From Prochlorococcus sp. AG-679-M23 (GTDB lineage Bacteria > Cyanobacteriota > Cyanobacteriia > PCC-6307 > Cyanobiaceae), in the NCBI GenBank assembly GCA_003208875.1, contig QCUR01000001.1, positions 1 through 64,000 on the forward strand: 64,000 nucleotides of DNA. Reading direction: 5' to 3'. This document shows positions 31,910 to 39,087 of the stretch, one piece after another. Every line of letters begins with the position of its first letter. Within the stretch, counting starts at the first letter, position 1. The position numbers were made by a program, and so were the translations under genes. Below the pieces are notes generated by a model. The model was not told the origin of the DNA. It ran no database searches and saw only the letters and a list, made by a program, of their open reading frames with translations.

Positions 31910-32848
31910 TTAAATAACACTTACCCCTGTAAACGTTTTGATATTATCTATAGTTTTTTTTGGAGTTTTTATAAGATCTTCATATGTAACTTCTATTAAA
32001 TTGTCCTTAGGAATAAGATTTTTCATTATTTGCCATTTATCTAATATGAAGGATCTAGTAAACTTTGCATCTTTCTCTGCGTTCCCAAGATATGGAATAA
32101 AACCAAATTCTTTATTAAATGATTTGATAGATTTTTCTATACTTTTCACATGATCGTATTTACGTTCAATGTAAATAAATTTTGAGTTGGGAAATAACTC
32201 AAGTAATAAGTCAACTCTCGTTGTAAATGCTGGAGCTTTATTGATAAAAACTTTTCCAGGTAAACCATCATGAATCCATGCCCATTCAAGAAGTAATTTT
32301 AATTTTTTTTTGAAATCTAATGTAGCTTTCCATTTGTACCATCTTTCTAAATCCTTAGATAATGACTTTCCAAGACCAATTGATGTTGGAGGATGTTCGC
32401 AACTCAATCTCATTAATGCAATATCTAACTCTTGAGGTCCCTCTGCTAATAATGGGACCCAATCAAAAAATCTATTTTTATAAGATGGTATAAATTTGCG
32501 AAAAAGTTCTTTAAATATTAAGGCTGCCTGAGGGCAACATGAAAACGTATTTTTTATTGTAGCTGCTTTAGTAGCTTTAACTATTTCTGTGTGGAGGTAT
32601 GTTGTTCCACTTCTCCATGCACCTATAATAAAAATTGGATCAGGCATATTCTTTGGCTTCTTGTAAAGAATTTTTTGCAACCAATAAAGAGGTTCAGCCA
32701 ACCAACCGAGTACAATATTCTGGAATAAATAAAAAGAAATAATAGGAAATCTATTAGCTTTTTTTAACAACTCAAACTGAACAGAAGGTCTTAAGCATCC
32801 AATAATAATTAAGCGTGGATTGAAAAACAATAATCTATTTATATTCAA
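31910..32848 (-). CDS. Sulfotransferase family protein
   Basis: PIFIIGAWRSGTTYL 5'-PAPS-binding loop, INKAP, FPNSKFIYIER and VTYEDL..P motifs. Confidence 0.85.
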   Translation of the reverse strand: MNINRLLFFNPRLIIIGCLRPSVQFELLKKANRFPIISFYLFQNIVLGWLAEPLYWLQKILYKKPKNMPDPIFIIGAWRSGTTYLHTEIVKATKAATIKNTFSCCPQAALIFKELFRKFIPSYKNRFFDWVPLLAEGPQELDIALMRLSCEHPPTSIGLGKSLSKDLERWYKWKATLDFKKKLKLLLEWAWIHDGLPGKVFINKAPAFTTRVDLLLELFPNSKFIYIERKYDHVKSIEKSIKSFNKEFGFIPYLGNAEKDAKFTRSFILDKWQIMKNLIPKDNLIEVTYEDLIKTPKKTIDNIKTFTGVSVI

Positions 32849-32980
32849 AATAAAGATTATCTATGGAACTTTCGATAAGTCAATCAGTACTTATTTCTTT
32901 TGTAAGATACTCAAACTAATCTTTACATCTCTATGAAAGTAAAGTAATAAATATTTTTTCTTAAGGTTCGTTGCCTACTA

Positions 32981-33254
32981 GGTTTCACGTGGGTTTCACG
33001 TGGCGGAATACGTGTTATAATATGTTCAGACCCATTGATATAACTGTCTTTTTTATTAACCTTTTTGGAGGGACTATTGAGTGGGAGTAACTAAAGAGGT
33101 ATAAACCTTGTCATAGTCTAAAAAACTCGGTTAAACGTGAGAATCTCTTATCCTATTTGCAATGGATCTCAACAACGAGGTTAAACGTAGGTTACACGTG
33201 AGGGTAAAATCTCATCTCTATAGAGAAATCGTAGAGTTTTAAATTTCTCTACAC
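32981..33254 (+). repeat. att site 3 (left arm, core and right arm)
   Basis: GGTTTCACGTG x2 at 32981-33002, core at 33079-33086 (GTIEWE*), arm repeats at 33129-33139 and 33179-33200. The right arm is nearly identical to that of att1. Confidence 0.9.
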
Positions 33255-33263
33255 CTTAATAAA

Positions 33264-33581
33264 TTAGTTAATTATTTTTTTAATTTTTTCTAAATTCCAT
33301 TTATCAAATATTAATTTCATTTCTCTTTCGTAGTATCTTACTTTTTTTGAGAAAGGTAGTTGTTGAATAATTATCCCAAAGGGAAATTTAAAAAAAGAAG
33401 AAACATAAACAATATAAAACTCGACAAATGAAGGTTTTGGTGGGAGAGGTAAATTTTTTAAATATGCCCAATCAATGCATGGTTTTAGTTGCTGATCACT
33501 AGCAGCAATATTTTTTCTACATCTCCAGTAAGAGAATAGATAAATGCCAATAAAAATCGGTAAAGGAAGAAGTCGTAACAT
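33264..33581 (-). CDS. Hypothetical membrane protein
   Basis: 105-aa ORF with hydrophobic segments. Confidence 0.6.
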   Translation of the reverse strand: MLRLLPLPIFIGIYLFSYWRCRKNIAASDQQLKPCIDWAYLKNLPLPPKPSFVEFYIVYVSSFFKFPFGIIIQQLPFSKKVRYYEREMKLIFDKWNLEKIKKIIN

Positions 33582-33741
33582 TAAATATCAAGGATGATTT
33601 TTCTTCTCATTTACTCATATACCTGTTTGATAATAAATGGATAGTTTAGTTTTTATGGAAATTTTGCTTAAATGATTTTTAGAATTTTCAATTATTTTAT
33701 GCGATATCTCTATACAAATCTCCTAGATTTTTAAATCAAAA

Positions 33742-33927
33742 TCATTCAAAAAGTATTTCTTCAGGATTTCTGTATTGAATTAAACCTTCATATTCTGAAT
33801 CAACCTTTTTAAGATATTCTGCTACATGCTTATAACCTTGATCAAAAACAATTTCAATAACCAATTCAGCAAGTTTTTTGCCATTAATTAACAAAAGAGG
33901 ATATTTATCTTCAAGAATTTCAATCCT
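33742..33927 (-). pseudogene. C-terminal fragment of an Mrr/AspBHI-like restriction endonuclease
   Basis: Startless frame RIEILEDKYPLLLINGKKLAELVIEIVFDQG...RNPEEILFE*. EDxYPLLLINGxxLAE resembles the end of the Mrr catalytic domain. Confidence 0.5.
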
Positions 33928-34000
33928 TTATCTGTTTTGTGAAAAGAAATAGTGTGTAAAAATCACACTGAATTGAAATCTTTTTCATTAGATTAAAAGA

Positions 34001-34070
34001 ATCAGAAACTCCTCACACACTAATTTCTGATCACTAAACGCCCCGATTCGAAAGAATTAGGGTGTTTTTT
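34001..34070 (+). ncRNA. Yfr1-motif small RNA (Yfr1/Yfr10-like)
   Basis: Conserved ACTCCTCACAC at 34008-34018 inside the stem ATCAGAAA/TTTCTGAT, then a GAAA-loop terminator hairpin and T-run. TAGATT -10 at 33989-33994. Confidence 0.8.
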
Positions 34071-34170
34071 AATGCAATTAAGTCTTTTAGGTCGTAACTG
34101 GTATATGTGACAATTAAGTATTATTACTCACCCCTTCCACGAAAAAGAAAGATATGTAATGAATATTTTT

Positions 34171-34267
34171 GTGTGTAGGAGAGGTTTTGCTGAAACAGTG
34201 GAAACAAGGAAACACTTGATTTAGTAAAACCAGGAAATGACCTCTATAAATAGGGATCTTTTTTTTT
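34171..34267 (+). ncRNA. yfr2: Yfr2-family small RNA
   Basis: 5' GTGTGTAGGAG, stem GGTTTTGCTGA/TTAGTAAAACC enclosing the GGAAACAAGGAAACA loop, then a terminator hairpin and T-run. Ends are approximate. Confidence 0.85.
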
Positions 34268-34509
34268 GCCTAATTTTTTCGAACGAATACTTAAATTTAA
34301 ACAAAATAAAGGGGGATTTGTTTGCCCCTTTCGATTCTTATGTAATCATTATCTAAAAAGTCGGTGAGTGCTACTTACTCCTGAATTATTTCTACTCCTG
34401 TTGAATGGGAAAATATAGTCGTGACAACCACAAAGCACTTCTATTCGAGTAAAAATACTCTATGAATTTTTAGTTAATAGGTAGAAAATAAAGATATATA
34501 GGAGGTTTT

Positions 34510-34692
34510 ATGAAACTATTTAATCAATTTAATATCCTTCCAAAATATTTAACGGCATTTAACTATGCAGGTTTAAATCTGAATGAAACTCCAAACGAAC
34601 TTGAGCAATGTCCTATAGAGTTTCAAACTTACTGGGATAAAGAATGTAGGGATAATCCAACTAATCAGAATTGTTTAATTTATTGCGACTGA
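34510..34692 (+). CDS. Small protein with a CP12-like C-terminal motif
   Basis: Strong RBS AGGAGG; ends YWDKECRDNPTNQNCLIYCD. Confidence 0.7.
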   Translation: MKLFNQFNILPKYLTAFNYAGLNLNETPNELEQCPIEFQTYWDKECRDNPTNQNCLIYCD

Positions 34693-34736
34693 GTTATTAA
34701 TTTTTATTATTTATCTAATAAATTTTTTTAAAAAGT

Positions 34737-35003
34737 GGTTTCACACGGGTTTCTCACGAGATAATATTTAAAATTATCCCTTGAGATACACTGCTATGAC
34801 TGTATTTTTAATTTTAATTATTGGCGGTAACATAGAGTGGGAATGAAAATAAGCTATAGACCTAGTTATAGTTAAAAAAAATAGGTTTCAAGTAGGTTTC
34901 AAGTAGGTTTCACTTAGAAAAATTTGTGTTATAATTAACTCAAAACCATTGCTATAACTAATTTTTTATTCACTTTTTTGGAGTGACTATTGAGTAGGAA
35001 TAA
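34737..35003 (+). repeat. att sites 4 and 5 (collapsed empty unit and terminal attR-like site)
   Basis: Arm pair at 34737-34758, core at 34835-34842 (GNIEWE*), arm triplet at 34884-34916, and degenerate core GAGTAGGA at 34992-34999. Confidence 0.85.
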
Positions 35004-35047
35004 AAAATACTTTAATTTTTTATCTTTAACTTTTTTACAAAATTATT

Positions 35048-35761
35048 ATGGATGAAACCATTAAATTAAGTAGGTCTACTGTTGAAAAATATCTTAATTG
35101 CCCTAGATGTTGCGTTCTTGATAAAAAACATAAAATAAAACCTCCATCATTACCATTCACCTTAAATATTGCTGTAGATAATTTATGTAAAAATGAGTTT
35201 GATTATTATCGTGAAAGACAGGAATCTCATCCTTTATTTATTGAGCATAATATTGATGCTGTACCTTTTAAACATAAAGATATAGATATTTGGAGAAGTA
35301 ATTTTAAAGGAATAAGATATAAATCTACTGAACATAATTATGATTTTGGTGGTGCGGTCGATGATGTCTGGGAAAAAAAGAATGGAGAGTTAATTATTGT
35401 TGATGTAAAAGCAACATCTAGAAATAATTTTGATTGGTTTGAAACTTTCAATAAATATGATTATGCAAAAGCATATAAAAGACAATTAGAAATGTATCAG
35501 TGGTTATTTAGAAAAAATGGTTTCAAAGTTGCAGATGAAGCCTATCTTCTTTATTTTAACGGAAAAAAGAATGAGAAATTTTTTAATAATCAGTTAAAAT
35601 TCGATGTGCATTTTATTAAGTTAAAGTGTTCTGCGACATGGGTAGAAGGCAAAGTTATTGAAACAGTAAAACTGCTCAGATCTAATATGTTCCCTTCACC
35701 ATCTTTTAAATGTGAATATTGTAATTATTTAAAAAAGCGTTGGCAGTTGTCACAAAATTAA
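35048..35761 (+). CDS. PD-(D/E)XK nuclease superfamily protein (RecB/AddB/Cas4-like)
   Basis: LSRS..YLNCPRC, GAVDD, IVDVK, QLEMY and C-terminal CEYC motifs. Confidence 0.85.
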   Translation: MDETIKLSRSTVEKYLNCPRCCVLDKKHKIKPPSLPFTLNIAVDNLCKNEFDYYRERQESHPLFIEHNIDAVPFKHKDIDIWRSNFKGIRYKSTEHNYDFGGAVDDVWEKKNGELIIVDVKATSRNNFDWFETFNKYDYAKAYKRQLEMYQWLFRKNGFKVADEAYLLYFNGKKNEKFFNNQLKFDVHFIKLKCSATWVEGKVIETVKLLRSNMFPSPSFKCEYCNYLKKRWQLSQN

Positions 35762-35850
35762 TTAATCACATTGAAAAATAATATTATTGGATAATTCTGG
35801 AAAAATTTTTAAATAAAGATAATCTTTAAGTAGACAATAAATTTTAGATT

Positions 35851-36459
35851 TTGGTTAAACCGAAAAGTCCTGATAATAAAATTAGCAATCATTTACAACA
35901 AGATGTTGTAAAAATTGCAGGCAAAACAATCTTTATTAATCCATTTTTGTATTGGAGAAGGTTTGATGAAAATACCAATAGATGGTTAAGAGAACCAGGA
36001 CAGATGTCAGAAGAGCAAATCCAGTCAAACAGAAATCGGTTTTATCCTGAAATTGACTGGGCTGATTTAAGTCAAGATCAAAAGCTCGTAAAAGATGCAA
36101 GTATAGAAATGTTTCTGAAGACTTTGGAGCTTATAAGCACATTTCATCCTCAGCTTAACTCTGGACAACTATTAGAAGTTGAGAGGAAAATGGCAATTAC
36201 AAAAAAGCTACCTTTTGAAAGGTGGGTAACAAAGTCTTTTGCTAAAAAAGCTAGAGCTGAAGAAAATGAGAAAAGGAAATTTCAAAGAGATAGATTTATC
36301 AGAAGTTGGAAGGAATGGCTAAGCCTTGAAAATACTCAACAAGCTCTACTACCTATAATTATCATTGTATTTGTCTCAGCATTTATTGGTTGGTCTTCAG
36401 GTGTTTCAAAAAACAGTTGTAATCCTTACTTTGAACAAAATTTAGATCAGTCAATATAA
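35851..36459 (+). CDS. Conserved hypothetical protein with a C-terminal TM helix
   Basis: 202-aa ORF with a hydrophobic segment LLPIIIIVFVSAFIGW. Confidence 0.75.
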   Translation: MVKPKSPDNKISNHLQQDVVKIAGKTIFINPFLYWRRFDENTNRWLREPGQMSEEQIQSNRNRFYPEIDWADLSQDQKLVKDASIEMFLKTLELISTFHPQLNSGQLLEVERKMAITKKLPFERWVTKSFAKKARAEENEKRKFQRDRFIRSWKEWLSLENTQQALLPIIIIVFVSAFIGWSSGVSKNSCNPYFEQNLDQSI

Positions 36460-36564
36460 ACCTTTTATTAAAATAGAATAGAATATTATTTTGATGATTT
36501 GTGCTTTATTATTTGGGGTAATATAAAAGAAGTTTAGTTTTTAAGTTAACTTATTATTTGATTT

Positions 36565-36717
36565 ATGGATAACAAAGAGCAAGAAAAAGATATATCAAGT
36601 TTAGAATTTGATAAAGGTACGACTCGCAATGATTATAAATTTTTAGTGCAAAAATTAAAAAATATAAAGGAGATTATTACTTTGTTAGAAAACAAGTTTT
36701 TGCAGAAAGAGATGTAA
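36565..36717 (+). CDS. Small hypothetical protein (50 aa)
   Basis: Hand-translated MDNKEQEKDISSLEFDKG...LQKEM*; ends 4 nt before the PBP gene. Confidence 0.4.
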   Translation: MDNKEQEKDISSLEFDKGTTRNDYKFLVQKLKNIKEIITLLENKFLQKEM

Positions 36718-36721
36718 ATTT

Positions 36722-38512
36722 TTGAAAAATAGTAACTTCAATAATAAGTTCCCCTCTTTGATTAGGCAGCCTTTGGTTTTCTATTTAATTACTACTTTTA
36801 CTTTTTTATTAATATTAATTAGATTAATTTTTCTTCAATTATTAAATCATGAGACTTATAAAAAAATGTCTGATGAAAATAGAATTAGGCTAATTTCTAC
36901 TCAACCAATTAGAGGCAGGATACTAGATAAGAATGGATTAATATTGGCAGATAGCCGTTTTAAGTACTCTTTAATAATTAAACCTCAATACGTCAGCAAA
37001 GAAGCATGGCAGCAATATAAATCGAAGATTTCGAAATTATTCAATATTTCATCTGATTCACTTCAAAAGAAATATTCTGATGGTTTAAAAAATAAAAATT
37101 TTTCAATAACTCTATTAGATGATTTAAAAGTTGATCAAGTTATCAAATTTAAAGAAAATGAAAATATCTTAAATGGCTTAGAGATTTCAACAAAAATGAT
37201 TAGAAATTATCCTTATAAAACAGTTGCTTCTCATGTGATTGGTTATACCCAACCCATTACAGATTCTGAATTTAATATTTTGTCAAAAAAGGGTTATAAA
37301 TTAAATGATTTAATAGGAAGAACTGGAATTGAGTTTGTTTATGAAGATCATATAAGAGGAGAATGGGGAGGAGAAATGATTGAAGTGAACTCTTCCGGCA
37401 CTTTTACAAAATCTTTAGGTATTAAACCATCAAAACAAGGGAAAGACGTTGAATTGACAATTGATTTGAATTTACAATTAATCGCCGAAGAAGTACTTAA
37501 AGATAAAAATGGAGGAGCAATAATAGTTATGGATCCAAGAGATGGTGCTATAAGAGCAATGGCTAGTAAACCAACTTTTGACTTGAATTTTTTTTCAAAA
37601 GAATTTAAACCAGAAAAAGAATATAATGCTCTATTTAATTCTCCTGCTAAACCATTATTTAATAGAGCTTTAAATGCATATGATCCAGGAAGTGTTTGGA
37701 AAATTGTAACTGCCATAGCTGGTTTAGAAAGTGGAAGGTTTCCTCCTGAAACTTTTTTAGAAACTAAACCTTGTATTACATATGGAAGTCAATGTTTTAG
37801 AGAACATAATGACTTAGGGTTCGGAACAATAGGTTATGAAGATGCATTGCGAGTTTCAAGTAATACTTTTTTTTATCAAATTGGCTATGGCGTAGGTGTA
37901 GATGAAATTTACAATGTTTCTAAAAAGCTTGGCTTTGCCGCACTATCTGGAATCGAAATTTCCGAACAAGAAAATGAAGGTTTAGTGGCAAGTAGTCAAT
38001 GGGCTAAAAAAGGGAGAGGCTGGGGGGAACCAGGAAGAACGCCTTGGGTTCCAGAGGATATCGCTAGTATGTCTATCGGTCAATTTGTTGTCCAAGTTAC
38101 CCCTATTCAAATAGCTCGTGCATATGCCGCAATCGCGAATGGTGGCTATTTAGTCACTCCTCATTTATCTAAAAAAGAAGATCAAATATTAATAAATCAA
38201 AAGCGTATAAAAATTGATATTGATCCAAATAATCTTCAGTTAGTGAAAAACGGATTAAGAAAAGTAGTTGAATCTGGAACAGGAGTCTCTATTAATTATG
38301 GTGTATCTAATCTTCCTCCAATTTCAGGCAAAACTGGTACTGCTGAAGATGGAGAAGGAGGTTCAGATCATGCATGGTTTGTTTGCTTTACTCCTTCTGA
38401 TAAAAGTGAGTTGTTAATAGTTGCTTTTGCACAAAATACGCCTGGAGGAGGATCTGTTCATGCACTACCTATGGCTAGAGAAATTTTAAAAGTTTGGAAT
38501 GAAAATAAATAA
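36722..38512 (+). CDS. mrdA: Penicillin-binding protein 2 (class B transpeptidase)
   Basis: N-terminal TM helix, PIRGRILD, SVWK (SxxK), SSN (SxN) and KTGTAE motifs. Confidence 0.9.
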   Translation: MKNSNFNNKFPSLIRQPLVFYLITTFTFLLILIRLIFLQLLNHETYKKMSDENRIRLISTQPIRGRILDKNGLILADSRFKYSLIIKPQYVSKEAWQQYKSKISKLFNISSDSLQKKYSDGLKNKNFSITLLDDLKVDQVIKFKENENILNGLEISTKMIRNYPYKTVASHVIGYTQPITDSEFNILSKKGYKLNDLIGRTGIEFVYEDHIRGEWGGEMIEVNSSGTFTKSLGIKPSKQGKDVELTIDLNLQLIAEEVLKDKNGGAIIVMDPRDGAIRAMASKPTFDLNFFSKEFKPEKEYNALFNSPAKPLFNRALNAYDPGSVWKIVTAIAGLESGRFPPETFLETKPCITYGSQCFREHNDLGFGTIGYEDALRVSSNTFFYQIGYGVGVDEIYNVSKKLGFAALSGIEISEQENEGLVASSQWAKKGRGWGEPGRTPWVPEDIASMSIGQFVVQVTPIQIARAYAAIANGGYLVTPHLSKKEDQILINQKRIKIDIDPNNLQLVKNGLRKVVESGTGVSINYGVSNLPPISGKTGTAEDGEGGSDHAWFVCFTPSDKSELLIVAFAQNTPGGGSVHALPMAREILKVWNENK

Positions 38513-38544
38513 AATTAATTCGCCTAAATTTTTATAAAAATAAT

Positions 38545-39069
38545 TTATATTTTCAATTTTTTCATTTGTGAAAGTCGTTGAATTATATCTTCTATTGTTT
38601 TTATATCCACTGGTTTACTAAATGAAGATAACATTTGTCTACCCAAGACTTGACTTCCTAAATGTACTAATTGAATTCGTAATGAGGTTAATAACTCTAA
38701 TCCAACTCCACCAGAAAAAGTTGCAATTGCAATTGGCTGACCATTAAATAAATTTCTAAAATCATCTCCTGATACGGATAGCCATGCTATAAGATTAGAA
38801 AGAATTGGAGGTATCGAACCGTTATATTCAGGAGCACATATAATCCATTTTTCTGTAGCAAAAAGCTTTTCTTTTATTTCAATTATTTCGACAGGAATAT
38901 TTTCTTTTGTATGAATTCGTGGATTGAATAAAGGTATATCAAAAGTAGTTAGATCCAAAATTTCAGAATTGAATTTTAGTTCATTACTTTTTTTTTGAAA
39001 TTTTTTTGCAAGTTCTAGATTTTTTCCACAACTTGCTGAAATGATTATTAGATTTTTTGAATCAGGCAT
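38545..39069 (-). CDS. NADPH-dependent FMN reductase family protein
   Basis: APEYNGSIPPILSN motif. Confidence 0.85.
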   Translation of the reverse strand: MPDSKNLIIISASCGKNLELAKKFQKKSNELKFNSEILDLTTFDIPLFNPRIHTKENIPVEIIEIKEKLFATEKWIICAPEYNGSIPPILSNLIAWLSVSGDDFRNLFNGQPIAIATFSGGVGLELLTSLRIQLVHLGSQVLGRQMLSSFSKPVDIKTIEDIIQRLSQMKKLKI

Positions 39070-39087
39070 AAATAAAAATAATTTGGT

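Larger units (their letters stand above)
24293..34999. mobile_element. Genomic island: tandem array of att-bounded cassettes integrated at the guaA 3' end
   Basis: Five copies of the guaA terminal core (24293, 26153, 33079, 34835, 34992) with conserved arm repeats, enclosing accessory genes. No integrase is present. Confidence 0.85.

Noticed and set aside
24343..34916. GGTTACACGTG repeats plus a Cas4-like gene read as a CRISPR system
   Set aside because: Repeats are 11-bp adjacent doublets with no regular unique spacers, and there is no cas1 or cas2. Their geometry fits integrase arm sites.
24293..34999. Intact prophage or autonomous ICE
   Set aside because: No integrase, replication, capsid, terminase or conjugation genes are visible.
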